Positions 22,564 through 32,341 of a stretch of DNA of 64,000 nucleotides are shown one piece after another. The translations under genes were made by a program, and so were the position numbers. Positions within the stretch are counted from its first letter, which is position 1; each line of letters begins with the position of its first letter. The notes beneath the pieces are model-generated. The model worked only from the letters and a program-made list of their open reading frames with translations. It was not told the DNA's origin and ran no database searches. Source of the stretch: a virus (taxonomy: Duplodnaviria > Caudoviricetes). The stretch lies in the IMG/VR virus record IMGVR_UViG_3300010356_002264, one strand, 5' to 3'.

Positions 22564-23811
22564 ATGTCGTCTACGAATCGAATCGCGGCCCGCGTTGCCG
22601 CCGCCTACCTCATCGCGAACCCTCGTGTGGCGGCGCTCGTCGGCGACCCCAAGCAGCTCGTGGAGTCGTTCGCGCTCGCGCTCCAGAAGCTGGCCTCCAG
22701 CGAAGACCCCCAGAAGCTCCAGTCGGCGCGCGGCATCCTCGAGCAGGAAGCGAAGCAGCGGAACTCGGTGGACTACCGCACGGTTCACGACGCGCAGGGC
22801 ACCGCGTACAGCGCCTACTACGCCCTGCGCAATCTGCCCCTTCGCGCGTCTGGGTACGCGCTGTTCCTGTCGATCCTCCAGAGCTACACGCTGCCTCCCA
22901 AGCTGCTCAAGCAGGTCGAGATGGCGTCCCGCGAGTACCTCAAGAGCCGACCCCCACCGATCCCGAAGCTCGGGCCCCTTCGCTACCTCGGTGCACTAAC
23001 GGCCTACGAGCAGGTGGTCGCGCTTGGGCGTAAGCACCTGGAGGTCGCGCGGGAGGCCATCGCGCAAGGGAAGGAGCACGGTGCGGAGGGGGAGGGAGCG
23101 ACCAAGGTGCAGGTGGGGCCGATCACGATCATCAACACGGGAGGATTCTCCTCCGACGTGATGCGAGGCGTCGCCGACACCATCCACCAGGTGGTGTCCC
23201 ACATCCAGAAGGCCGGGTTCGGGCAGATCCTCTACGGGGACGTCCACGTGACCAACACCATCAAGTCGAACGCGAACGTCCTGGCCTTCTACCTCGTCCA
23301 GAAGGACGAGATGTTCGTGCGCGCCAACGTCAAGGTGACCACGGGGATGGTCCGCGACGTCATCCACGAGTACGGGCATCGGTACCAGCACAAGTTCCTG
23401 CGCGGAGGGGAGAAGACGCTCACGCAGCTGTACGCGACGATCGACCGCCAGGAGTTTCGACGGCGCATCCAGGGACCCAAGGAATCAGAGAAGCCCACAC
23501 CGGGAGAGGTCGTGGAGCACAAGGGCACGCGCTACGAGGCAATTAAGCTCGCGCCAGGCGGTCAGAAGGTGGAGGCCGTGAACCAGAAGAACAAGAAGCG
23601 CTACCTCATCTCCCTGGACAGCTGGAACCTGCTCAAGAGGGGAGAGAACCGCGACCTCTCCGACCCTGACCACCTCGGGTTCGTGACCGAGTACGCCAAG
23701 CGCAGTCCGGGGGAGAACTTCGCCGAGATGTTCTCGTATTACTGCATCGGGAAGCTCCCGCGCACCCTCGTGCCGATCTTCGAGCAGGCCCTATCGGGGG
23801 CCCTCCTCTAG
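22564..23811 (+). CDS. putative zincin-type metallopeptidase domain protein
   Basis: VIHEYGH (HExxH) plus downstream VTEYAK..PGENFAE. Confidence 0.65.
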   Translation: MSSTNRIAARVAAAYLIANPRVAALVGDPKQLVESFALALQKLASSEDPQKLQSARGILEQEAKQRNSVDYRTVHDAQGTAYSAYYALRNLPLRASGYALFLSILQSYTLPPKLLKQVEMASREYLKSRPPPIPKLGPLRYLGALTAYEQVVALGRKHLEVAREAIAQGKEHGAEGEGATKVQVGPITIINTGGFSSDVMRGVADTIHQVVSHIQKAGFGQILYGDVHVTNTIKSNANVLAFYLVQKDEMFVRANVKVTTGMVRDVIHEYGHRYQHKFLRGGEKTLTQLYATIDRQEFRRRIQGPKESEKPTPGEVVEHKGTRYEAIKLAPGGQKVEAVNQKNKKRYLISLDSWNLLKRGENRDLSDPDHLGFVTEYAKRSPGENFAEMFSYYCIGKLPRTLVPIFEQALSGALL

Positions 23812-24104
23812 GTCTGGTCTTTAGTACAGAGGAACCCCTCGACGACCCGGTCGAGCTCCCGCCGCACCTGCGGGGGGAAGGGGGCTAGGGTTTCCTCGGG
23901 TGTGGCGAGGTACACGAGGACGAACGAGGGCAAGCGGAGCGCCGCTGCGATGCGGTCCAGCGCGGAGAGGCTGGGGTAGCGTCGTCCGCTCTCCAGCAGG
24001 GAGAGGTGGCTCTGCTGGAGGGAGGCGAGTTGCGCGACCTGCCGTTGGGTCATCTGGCGGGCCTCACGCGCTCCGCGGATCGCGGCTCCGAAGTCGAGCT
24101 TCAC
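23808..24104 (-). CDS. XRE-family helix-turn-helix regulator
   Basis: IRGAREARQMTQRQVA...LSLLESGRRYPS. Confidence 0.8.
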   Translation of the reverse strand: MKLDFGAAIRGAREARQMTQRQVAQLASLQQSHLSLLESGRRYPSLSALDRIAAALRLPSFVLVYLATPEETLAPFPPQVRRELDRVVEGFLCTKDQT

Positions 24105-24337
24105 GGGGCGGGGAGCCGCAGGGTCTCCGGCAGCCCCCCCACTTCGTGCAGGCGCAGCAGGCGCAGCAGCGCGTTGGCCGAGTCGCAGTAGCTCTCGGCG
24201 GTCCGCCGCCGGGCCTCGCGCGTCTTGTCGGAGATCCAGCGGCCCTCTGAGGACTTCAGGATCGACAGGGCCCGGCTGCGGAGCTCCTGGAGGTGGTTGC
24301 AGAGGATCACCACGTCCTCGCTGGACAGACTTGTCAT
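24101..24337 (-). CDS. small hypothetical protein
   Basis: CAGCTCC 36 nt upstream; stop overlaps HTH start. Confidence 0.6.
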   Translation of the reverse strand: MTSLSSEDVVILCNHLQELRSRALSILKSSEGRWISDKTREARRRTAESYCDSANALLRLLRLHEVGGLPETLRLPAP

Positions 24338-24562
24338 GACGGTATCGCGCGAGCGTTCCGCGGGGTGGAGCTGAGTGGGCGCGCAGGCACACGCGGCAGG
24401 TGGTCTGCTTCGGGTCCTCGGTGACCTCGTAGATGCGGTCGCCGATGAAGTTCTCCATCTCGGAGTCCGGCAGGCAGCGGGACCGCGTGCCCCACAGGCC
24501 GCAGGCCGTGTGGAGCATGGTGGACGCGGCCGGCGTGAGGAGGTGGACCTTCCCCCCGCGCC

Positions 24563-25243
24563 TCACGCCTGGACCTCCAGCACGACAGGCGGGCGGACCA
24601 GGCGGTACTCGTCGTTGAGGAGCGCGGCGTTGACGTGGGTGGTCCCCTCGACGACCCGCAGGCCCACCTCGTGGTGGTTGTGGCCGAACAGGTGCAGCTT
24701 GGGGCGCACCTGCCGGAGTCGGTCGAGCAGCGCGGGACACCCGCGCCTGCGCTGCACGCCGTCCGGGTCGACCGGCCCGAGGTCCATCAGGCCGACTGGT
24801 GGGACGTGCGTGACCACGACGTCCGTCCCCGCGGGGACGCGCGCCCAGTGGGCCTCGATCTCGTCGAGCATCACCCCGAACGCGCTGTAGCGCCCCTGCC
24901 GGATGTTCCCCTGGTCATCGCGCTTCACCCAGGGAGGGCGCGCGCGCCAGGGGGCCCCGAAGAACCGGAGCCCTGCGACCTCGGCGGTCTGCCCGTTGAG
25001 GTAGGTGACGCCGGGCGGGATGGGCACCTCCCCGGCCTCCAGCGCCCAGTCGTGGTTTCCCCCGATGAGCACGCGGTGCGCGAAGGGTGTGCGGGCGAAC
25101 CAGGCGAGGAAGGAGGCGAGCTCGCCCCGCCTCCCCTTGAGCGTCGAGTCCCCACAGTGGACCAGGACGTCCCCGTCCGGCAGCGGGACCTCCTCGTGGT
25201 GGTTGTGGGTGTCGCTCATCGCGACGATCGTGACGGTGCGCAT
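24563..25243 (-). CDS. calcineurin-like metallophosphoesterase (MPPED/239FB-like)
   Basis: SDTH, HCGD, GNHD, THVPP, FGHNH. Confidence 0.92.
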   Translation of the reverse strand: MRTVTIVAMSDTHNHHEEVPLPDGDVLVHCGDSTLKGRRGELASFLAWFARTPFAHRVLIGGNHDWALEAGEVPIPPGVTYLNGQTAEVAGLRFFGAPWRARPPWVKRDDQGNIRQGRYSAFGVMLDEIEAHWARVPAGTDVVVTHVPPVGLMDLGPVDPDGVQRRRGCPALLDRLRQVRPKLHLFGHNHHEVGLRVVEGTTHVNAALLNDEYRLVRPPVVLEVQA

Positions 25244-25287
25244 GGGTGACTAGGATACGTGGACGGAGATCTGAAGGGAGCTGTGGG

Positions 25288-26427
25288 CTACTGGTCCTCC
25301 TCGACCTCGCACGCCTCCATCGTCGCGCGCCACTCCTCCCACCGACGGCTCATGTCGACCACGTCCTGCGCCCAGATGCGCTTGATGATGTGGACTTCGT
25401 CCTCGGTGATGAGGGTGCTTCCTACCCGATGCTGAAGGTCGAGCAGGCGGTCGAGGATCTCCATGCGGGCCGTGATCGTGAAGGGTCCTGGCATGAGCTC
25501 GTCCTGGGAGAAGGTGACCGTCCCGTCTCGCTTCTCCGCCTGTCGCTTGGTGCGGTCGTGCTGGAGGTCGCGGATGTAGTCGCGGAACTCCCCGAGGTGC
25601 TCGTACTCCTCGAACCCCGCGTCGGCCATCGCCTCCCCGCTCTTGTCCCGCGCGACCACCGTGCAGGTCCAGCAGCCGAAGCGCGAGCTCCCCCCGCACG
25701 CGGGGGCCTCGGAGCGGTCCATGACGACCGGGCACTCGCCGGCCCCTGCGTTTCGGTACAGCGTGATGAGGTTGCGGTGCGACCCACCCCAGGGGACGGG
25801 CCGCTGGAGGAGAGTCGCCCATACCTCGTCGGTGTCGAAGCGCTCGATTGGTCGGAACACCATGCAACTCTTGAGGTTCTGGTGCGGGCTGAGCCGCTGC
25901 CCCTCGACCGTGTGGCGGTCGATCGTCTTGGCGCGGTTCGCCGACTCCGACCTGCGCACTCCGACGAGCAGGACCACCTGCCCGGCTGCCGACACCTGAT
26001 CGCGGACGAACCGCGTCGTCGGGCCGATCTTCATCCGGTCCGTACACCAGCGAAAGCGACGGTTCGGCGGTGGGTAGCCGCGCCCGATCAGGTTGCACCA
26101 GAAGGTCTGGTCGGCGGCCGGCGTGGTGACATGGACCGACATGGGGAGGCGGAGGGACTCCCCGGCTCGTCCAACCTTGTCCAGGGCCGCGCGCGTGTGC
26201 GTGATGAGCAGCGGGCTCTCCACCTGGGTGTCGTTGCACACCACGTGGACGCGACGCTGCCGGTCCGACGGCGCGAGGCTGAGCAACATCTCAACGACCA
26301 GGTGCAGCACGAGCGTCGAGTCCTTCCCCCCGCTGAACGCCACGATCCACGGGTGTTGGTGAGGCTGAAGGTACTCGTCGCGGAGTTCCGCGATGGCGTG
26401 GTCGATCCTATGCTTTGTGAGCAGCAT
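25288..26427 (-). CDS. dndC: DndC-type PAPS-reductase-family sulfurtransferase (orphan)
   Basis: PWIVAFSGGKDST, NDTQVESP, FWCNLIGRGYPPP..FRWCTDRMKI, GVRRSES, ECP...SRFGCWTCTVV, GPFT. Confidence 0.88.
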   Translation of the reverse strand: MLLTKHRIDHAIAELRDEYLQPHQHPWIVAFSGGKDSTLVLHLVVEMLLSLAPSDRQRRVHVVCNDTQVESPLLITHTRAALDKVGRAGESLRLPMSVHVTTPAADQTFWCNLIGRGYPPPNRRFRWCTDRMKIGPTTRFVRDQVSAAGQVVLLVGVRRSESANRAKTIDRHTVEGQRLSPHQNLKSCMVFRPIERFDTDEVWATLLQRPVPWGGSHRNLITLYRNAGAGECPVVMDRSEAPACGGSSRFGCWTCTVVARDKSGEAMADAGFEEYEHLGEFRDYIRDLQHDRTKRQAEKRDGTVTFSQDELMPGPFTITARMEILDRLLDLQHRVGSTLITEDEVHIIKRIWAQDVVDMSRRWEEWRATMEACEVEEDQ

Positions 26428-26464
26428 GCCTGTAAGTCGAAGAGGCACGCTGAATATGAGCTGA

Positions 26465-26914
26465 CTACTTGATCGCCTGGAGGTGGATCTCCAGGCGGGG
26501 GCCGTCGATCGTGGGGGTCGTGTGCTCCCGCAGGACGCGGAAGGCCGCCTGGATCCCGTAGGCGCGCGCGAACCTCTCCCGGTAGATGTTGCCCGCCTCG
26601 TAGTAGAGGAAGCTGCGTCGGTTCCAGAAGGAGACGTGCGTGGGGTCCTGGAAGGCTCCTGGCCCGTCCGTCGTGGGAACGGCGATCTCGACGATCCTGC
26701 CAGGGGCGAGCACGCGCCAGAGCTCGTTCATCGTGTGGATCTTGTCGGGAAGGTGCTCGATGACGTCGTGGGCGCGGACACGCTCGACGGACCCGTCTGG
26801 CCAGGGCCAGGGCTTGGAGAGGTCGGCGACGACGTCGACGCCGTGGCCGGCGACGATGTCGACGTTGACGTAGTCCGCAAGGATGCGGTCACAACATCCG
26901 AGGTTGAGCTTCAT
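26465..26914 (-). CDS. class I SAM-dependent methyltransferase (type 11)
   Basis: KLNLGC, VNVD, HDVIEHL, WRVLAPG, DPTH. Confidence 0.85.
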   Translation of the reverse strand: MKLNLGCCDRILADYVNVDIVAGHGVDVVADLSKPWPWPDGSVERVRAHDVIEHLPDKIHTMNELWRVLAPGRIVEIAVPTTDGPGAFQDPTHVSFWNRRSFLYYEAGNIYRERFARAYGIQAAFRVLREHTTPTIDGPRLEIHLQAIK

Positions 26915-26922
26915 GTTTCATC

Positions 26923-28230
26923 CTACGCAGACAGGAGGCGGCGGGCCTCCTCGATCAGGAGGGCGCGCTTGTTGCGTGTGGGGTCATCCAGCACCCAGGC
27001 ATGCAGCGCGCGCTGGAGCTCCCCGATCCGGGGGCCTGGGGGGATGCCGAGGTCGGAGACGATGTTCGCTCCGCTCAGGTCGAGTTCGCCTGGGCGGAGC
27101 GGGAAGGGCTTGACCTGAGCGTCTTGGATGCGGGTCGCCAGGTGTTTGAACGCGTGCCCGCTCATCCTCTCTTCCTCGATGCGTTGCCCCACCAAAAGCC
27201 ACGTCCTGATGCCCTCCTGGTCGTTCGGGTGAAGGGCGAGGAAGCGGCGCACGGCCCCCATCTCCGGCCCGAGGGTCGGGAGGTCGGCGGTGAGCGCCCA
27301 GGACAGCCCCTCACAGTGCGCGGTCGACAGGCGCAGCGTCTCGTAGAGGTACTGCCCCACGGCTCGACGGTCCATGCCCTGCGCGCGGAAGTGCTCGCGC
27401 AGCGGCCACAGCAGCGCCGTCCACCGATGGCCGACCGGTACGTTGGACACGACGTAGATCCAATCTCCCTGGTTGTCGTCGAGGGTCCTGGCGTGCGGGG
27501 CGAGGTCTGGGAGGATGGTCCCAAGGATGTCGCAACTCTTGGCGAAGAACAGCAGGTCGAGGCCGTGGAACACGAGGCTGGGTTCCCGCTGGATGATCTT
27601 CTGGAGCTCGTCGCGCACGCGCTCGCGGCTCACCTGGCGCAGCACGTCGAGCGCCGACGGGATGGCCCGCCACGTAGCGGCCTCAATCGTGAACCCAAAG
27701 CGCGCCGCGAACCGCACGGCGCGCAGGACGCGCAGGCCGTCCTCCCGAAGGCGCGCGACGGGGTCGCCGACCGCCCTGACCTGACCAAGCCCCAGGTCGC
27801 GCTGGCCCTCGAACGGGTCGACGACCTTGTCCGCCACGGGGTCGTAGGCGATCGCGTTGATCGTGAAGTCGCGACGCCGGAGGTCCTCGACGACGTCGTC
27901 GAGGAACACGACGCTGTCGGGACGTCGACCATCCGAGTAGGTCCCGTCTCCTCGAAACGTGGTGATCTCCACGGGGAGCGAGGAAGCTCCTGGGGTCATG
28001 ACGGTGACCGTCCCGTGCGCGATCCCCGTGGGGATGACGCGCAGGTCGGAGAACACCCCCTGGACCTGTTCAGGCCGGGCCGATGTGGCGAGGTCGAAGT
28101 CCTTGGGGGGATCCCCGCGGAGGCGGTCTCGCACCGCGCCACCGACCAGGTAGGCCGCGTGGCCCGCCTGCTGGAGGCGTCGGCAGAGGTCGACGACCTC
28201 CTGGGGAAACGAGGCGGGCTGTAGGCTCAT
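26923..28230 (-). CDS. cca: CCA-adding tRNA nucleotidyltransferase (class II)
   Basis: VGGAVRD, DFDLAT, EITTFR, RRDFTINA, EDGLRVLRAVRF, SRERVRDE. Confidence 0.92.
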   Translation of the reverse strand: MSLQPASFPQEVVDLCRRLQQAGHAAYLVGGAVRDRLRGDPPKDFDLATSARPEQVQGVFSDLRVIPTGIAHGTVTVMTPGASSLPVEITTFRGDGTYSDGRRPDSVVFLDDVVEDLRRRDFTINAIAYDPVADKVVDPFEGQRDLGLGQVRAVGDPVARLREDGLRVLRAVRFAARFGFTIEAATWRAIPSALDVLRQVSRERVRDELQKIIQREPSLVFHGLDLLFFAKSCDILGTILPDLAPHARTLDDNQGDWIYVVSNVPVGHRWTALLWPLREHFRAQGMDRRAVGQYLYETLRLSTAHCEGLSWALTADLPTLGPEMGAVRRFLALHPNDQEGIRTWLLVGQRIEEERMSGHAFKHLATRIQDAQVKPFPLRPGELDLSGANIVSDLGIPPGPRIGELQRALHAWVLDDPTRNKRALLIEEARRLLSA

Positions 28231-28982
28231 GGGGTCTTCTCGTTGGGTACGGGGTTCGAGGCGTCGAGCACGAGGTAGAAGCTGCGCCCCTCGTACGCCC
28301 CAGGGCGTCGGACGAAGCGCGCGGGGTATCGCTGGCTGCCCCGCACCACGATCACCGTCCCCGTCGCGCCCTCTCCGGGGTCGGGGAACTGCTCGGGGTC
28401 CGGGTAGTAGTGGGTGCTGTGCGCGCCGAGGGCGGTCTTGGCGCGCAGCAGGTCAAGCTCAACCTCCACGTCGAGGCTGCGCAGGTAGTCGAACACGGAC
28501 CGCTCGATGTCCGCGAACCGCTTCATGTTGACGTGGGTGACCTGGTCGGCGCGCACCATCCCGATCGACTGGAGGTAGGCGAGGTAGTCGCGGATGACCG
28601 TGAGCCCCTTGTCGAACGACGTCGGTATGATCTCCGTTTCCTCGCACTGGAGGAGGATCGCGCGGTCACGCCGCGCGTTGAACTCGATCGCGAAGTCGCG
28701 CGGGTTTCGGAACCCCTCGATCACGCAGGCTGCGTTGAGGTCGTGGTGCTCGCGCAGGTATCGCAGGTTGAAGTCCGGGTCGGCCCCCATCACCGTGTTG
28801 TTGAACTGCACGAGCGCGTCGGTGTGCTCCTGACGGCTCGTCGATCCCTGCGGGGGGAAGTTCGCCCGGAACCACTCGGACGCGCTCACCACGGGGAGGC
28901 CGAGCGCCCCCGCCAGGTGGCGCGCGAACGGGGTCTTACCGGAGTTGCTGGACCCGAGGACGAAGAAGCGTGTTGGTTCCAC
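28227..28982 (-). CDS. P-loop nucleotide-kinase-like protein
   Basis: VLGSSNSGKT...VIEGFRNP; start uncertain (ORF extends to 29033). Confidence 0.6.
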   Translation of the reverse strand: MEPTRFFVLGSSNSGKTPFARHLAGALGLPVVSASEWFRANFPPQGSTSRQEHTDALVQFNNTVMGADPDFNLRYLREHHDLNAACVIEGFRNPRDFAIEFNARRDRAILLQCEETEIIPTSFDKGLTVIRDYLAYLQSIGMVRADQVTHVNMKRFADIERSVFDYLRSLDVEVELDLLRAKTALGAHSTHYYPDPEQFPDPGEGATGTVIVVRGSQRYPARFVRRPGAYEGRSFYLVLDASNPVPNEKTP

Positions 28983-28990
28983 AGGGGTCT

Positions 28991-29290
28991 CTAGCGAACG
29001 GGCCAGATGAACGCCTTGAGTTTGGAGATCCACGGGAGATCCTCCTTAGTGACGTACTCGCCCATCGATCGGGCCTCCGCGTGCAGCTTGTCGGCCAGGC
29101 GTCGAAGCTGGTCCTGCGTGTTGCGGGCCGCGCCGATCCGGGAGATGAACTCGTGGTGAAACATGACGGCGCGGGAGACCGCGCCCGCCAGGTGGTCGTG
29201 CTGTCCGCTGCGACGGAGCTCACGCTCCGCCTCCTCGAGGAGGCGGACGTGCTGCTCGTGGTCGAACTTGTCGTTGGGCTCTGTGGTCAT
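28991..29290 (-). CDS. hypothetical protein
   Basis: CAGCTCC 37 nt upstream. Confidence 0.6.
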   Translation of the reverse strand: MTTEPNDKFDHEQHVRLLEEAERELRRSGQHDHLAGAVSRAVMFHHEFISRIGAARNTQDQLRRLADKLHAEARSMGEYVTKEDLPWISKLKAFIWPVR

Positions 29291-29330
29291 GCGGGAGGGT
29301 CGAAGGGATCCCCCCGCGCGGAGCTGATCG

Positions 29331-30176
29331 CTAGAGGGTGAAGCCGGCGAGCTTCTGGATCTCCCGGTCCAGCCGGTCCTTCTTCCGCTGGAGCGTGTCC
29401 TTTAGCCTGGCGATGGTGTCGTCGACGTTCTTGTAGAACTCGACGGCAGCCTTCTCGAAGTCCTCGAAGCGTCGCGGTCCCTGGGGGACGGGAGGACGGC
29501 CGTAGTTGTAGCCGTAGGACGGCACGGGAAGAGGCGCGGGAAGAGGCGCGGACTCGTACGCTGCGCGCAGGTCTTCCTTGAAGTGCTCGAAGCCCGCGCG
29601 TGAGAGGTAGGTGGTCCCGCTGCGGGGAGAGGCCGGCAGGTAGCTCCAGCGCTGAAGCTGCACGAAGTAGGTCTTCGGGAAGTCCTCGGGCTCGCGGGCG
29701 GTCTGCTGGTCGTACTGGCTGCGGGCCTCCAGGCCGTACTGGCCGATGTTCCCGCGGGCAGCCTGCGCGATGACTTGGTCCCGCGACAGGCTGACGTACA
29801 GGTGGCGCTGCGCCTTGCGAGCCTGGCGCGCGGCCTCGTTCTCAACGCCACCGAGGAAGATGTTGACGGAGCGCTCGAACCGTCCCCAGTCGGCGTTGCC
29901 GCTCGCGGCCCAGGCGGCCTTGAGGTCCTCCTTGAAGTGCTCGAAGCCCGCACGGGTGAGGAAGACATCCCCCAGGCGGCTGGGCATCTTCATGACGCGG
30001 AACTTGTGAACGCGCATGAAGTATTCGCCGGGAAAATCCTCCGGCGACCCACCGGGGCAGGTGCTTCTCCGCTTGAGGTACTCAGCGGGGATCAGGGTGG
30101 ACGGTTCACCACGACGGGCAGAGGCGGTCACCACCTCCCGCGTGGTACGCAGGGTCTGGGTCTTTCGTTTCCACAT
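29331..30176 (-). CDS. hypothetical protein with internal duplicated domain
   Basis: Two copies of PEDFP..YF...L.RAGFEHFKEDL.AA; CAGCTC 36 nt upstream. Confidence 0.7.
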   Translation of the reverse strand: MWKRKTQTLRTTREVVTASARRGEPSTLIPAEYLKRRSTCPGGSPEDFPGEYFMRVHKFRVMKMPSRLGDVFLTRAGFEHFKEDLKAAWAASGNADWGRFERSVNIFLGGVENEAARQARKAQRHLYVSLSRDQVIAQAARGNIGQYGLEARSQYDQQTAREPEDFPKTYFVQLQRWSYLPASPRSGTTYLSRAGFEHFKEDLRAAYESAPLPAPLPVPSYGYNYGRPPVPQGPRRFEDFEKAAVEFYKNVDDTIARLKDTLQRKKDRLDREIQKLAGFTL

Positions 30177-30254
30177 GGGGCTCTTTCTCCACCATGATTT
30201 CTAGCAGAGCTGTCTGACAGCTCTCCGCCCCTGTTCCTGATAGACTGCGCGCCC

Positions 30255-30593
30255 ATGGAGCTAGATCCCGTCCTACTAGAAGAGTCCATGCAGGCGCTGC
30301 GCGTGGACAAGAGCCGGCGAAGGCCCCCGCATGTGGACTCCGCGCACGCGGCCGACCGCGCGGTGCTGTTCAACCTCGTGTGTCCCGTCGGTACCATCGT
30401 TCGCTACTTCCCCATATGGGGGCAGTGGGACAAGTCCCAGACCTGTACGGTCTCTCGCAGGGCGTACCTGAGCGCATCCAAGGAGCCCGTGGTGTTTCTC
30501 GACGATGTGTCGGGGTGCGTGAGCGTGTGGAACTGCGAGCCCGTAACCATCCAACCTGCGGGGCAGGCCGAAGAATCGCGGGGGGCGGCATGA
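30255..30593 (+). CDS. hypothetical phage protein
   Basis: FN...PVGT.VRY..P motif; CAGCTC 37 nt upstream. Confidence 0.65.
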   Translation: MELDPVLLEESMQALRVDKSRRRPPHVDSAHAADRAVLFNLVCPVGTIVRYFPIWGQWDKSQTCTVSRRAYLSASKEPVVFLDDVSGCVSVWNCEPVTIQPAGQAEESRGAA

Positions 30594-30922
30594 GCACCGT
30601 ATCTCGCCCCAAGGATCCCACGACAGGACCCGCGTTCGTGGCGCACGCCCGTGTGGCACGAGAGGACCTCCGCCTGGACCGCCCAGAAGTCCAACGGGAC
30701 ATCAAGCACGCCTGGTTCGCGCAGGAACTCGCCGTGCTGCTGGAGCAGGTCGTTGGTGACCCGAAGGATTTTGCGCGACGGGCTGGAGTGCGGGAGGTCG
30801 CCCTTCGTCGACTGCTGCGGGGAGAAGACCTCGACCGTGTGTCCGTCGACACGATGCTCCGCGTCATCATCCAGGGGCGGCTGCACCTCCAGGTGACGAC
30901 CTTCGCGCGCCCCTCGTCCTAG
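30590..30922 (+). CDS. putative HTH-like protein
   Basis: KDFARRAGVREVALRRLLRG. Confidence 0.5.
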   Translation: MSTVSRPKDPTTGPAFVAHARVAREDLRLDRPEVQRDIKHAWFAQELAVLLEQVVGDPKDFARRAGVREVALRRLLRGEDLDRVSVDTMLRVIIQGRLHLQVTTFARPSS

Positions 30923-30957
30923 TCCCTTGAGCGTGCTATCGCACGACCAGGAGTGAG

Positions 30958-31656
30958 ATGCCCGCCACCTACGTCGAGATCAGCCGAGACGAGTTCGAGG
31001 AGTGGCTCAACACGCTCGGCAAGCGCTGGTCACGGGACACGCGCACGGCGGGCATCTACTACGTGCACCTGTCGGATCGTGTTGGGGTGAAGATCTCATC
31101 CTCGATCGGGTCGCGCGACTCCGCGATGGGGCGGGCCAACGCCTCCATCGACATCGTCCTTGCCTCGCTCATCACCCATCGCACGCTGAACCGTGTCGGT
31201 GGGGAGCAGTCGCGCTACCATCGCACCCAGAAGTGGAGAGACAACCTCCGGCGCGGGGTCCTGCACTTCGAGCAGGTCTACTCGGCTGCGCGCGACTTCT
31301 ACGAGAAGATCGCCCCCATCGCGGACCGGGAGAAGTACAAGACAGAACGCCTCCAGATCCTGAGCAGGATTCCCGACGTGTCCGACGACGACGTGCTGGC
31401 TCACATACACAAGCGGCTCGTGCAGGGAGGCGTGCTGGACGACCCCCAGGAAGCAGTGCTGCGGGTCGCCGCGAACCTGAACGATGACCAAGTGAAGTTC
31501 CTTGGCCGGCTCGAGAAGCTCCGCCAGAGGGCGATGCGTGACCCTCAGACCCTTGGGGACATCACGAGCACGCGTCGCACCATCTGGACGGGCAGGACGC
31601 TTGCGCCCGACCTGCGCAAGCGCCTTCACGAGGCGCTCCAGAAGTACGGGGTGTAG
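30958..31656 (+). CDS. hypothetical protein
   Basis: AGGAG SD; coding-like ORF. Confidence 0.7.
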   Translation: MPATYVEISRDEFEEWLNTLGKRWSRDTRTAGIYYVHLSDRVGVKISSSIGSRDSAMGRANASIDIVLASLITHRTLNRVGGEQSRYHRTQKWRDNLRRGVLHFEQVYSAARDFYEKIAPIADREKYKTERLQILSRIPDVSDDDVLAHIHKRLVQGGVLDDPQEAVLRVAANLNDDQVKFLGRLEKLRQRAMRDPQTLGDITSTRRTIWTGRTLAPDLRKRLHEALQKYGV

Positions 31657-31657
31657 T

Positions 31658-32341
31658 GTGGCCTCCTGGTGGGTTGACCGGGTTGGGCGGAACCTCCTGG
31701 AGGTGTTCACGCCAACGAACCTACCGCCCCCTGTGGCGGTGTACTCCACGCCGATACCTCCCGGTACGGGACCAACTGGACCCTCAGGGACCGGAACGTC
31801 GGGTTCAGGGTCATCGTCATCGTCATCCTCGTCGACCGGAGGATGGAGTTGGCCGCTTCCCCTCCCAATCCCACTTCCCTTCCCACTCCCTTGGCCTCCA
31901 GGTTGGCCTCCGCGGCCCGCCTCTCCGGCACCGGCACCGGCACCACCAGCACCACCGCCTCCTCCTCTGCCGCCGCCTCCCCCGCCTCCCCCGCCTCCCC
32001 CACTGCCGCCGCCTTCGGCGTCGTTGTTCGTGGAGGACTCGATCAACCCGGACGACCCAGACCAGGACATGACCCTGCTGCCCATGATGGTCAAGAGTCC
32101 CAACGCGGTGCGAGAGGCTCAGTGGTCGCTGTACGCGCTCAGCCCAAGAGCCCGCGCGAACGTGATCCCCCTGCTGCCGCTAGCGGCCGAGATCGTAGAC
32201 ACTACGATCACCGTGTACAACGCCGGCCGCCCGGACCTGCGTGGTACGGTGAGTGGTATAGAACGCACCGCCCAGACTGCATCGGGCGAGATGATGTCAC
32301 AGCACGACGACGAGGAACCCCCATGGAACGACCTACCTTGA
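31658..32341 (+). CDS. Pro/Ser-rich hypothetical protein
   Basis: Poly-Pro tract with a globular-looking C-terminus. Confidence 0.5.
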   Translation: MASWWVDRVGRNLLEVFTPTNLPPPVAVYSTPIPPGTGPTGPSGTGTSGSGSSSSSSSSTGGWSWPLPLPIPLPFPLPWPPGWPPRPASPAPAPAPPAPPPPPLPPPPPPPPPPPLPPPSASLFVEDSINPDDPDQDMTLLPMMVKSPNAVREAQWSLYALSPRARANVIPLLPLAAEIVDTTITVYNAGRPDLRGTVSGIERTAQTASGEMMSQHDDEEPPWNDLP

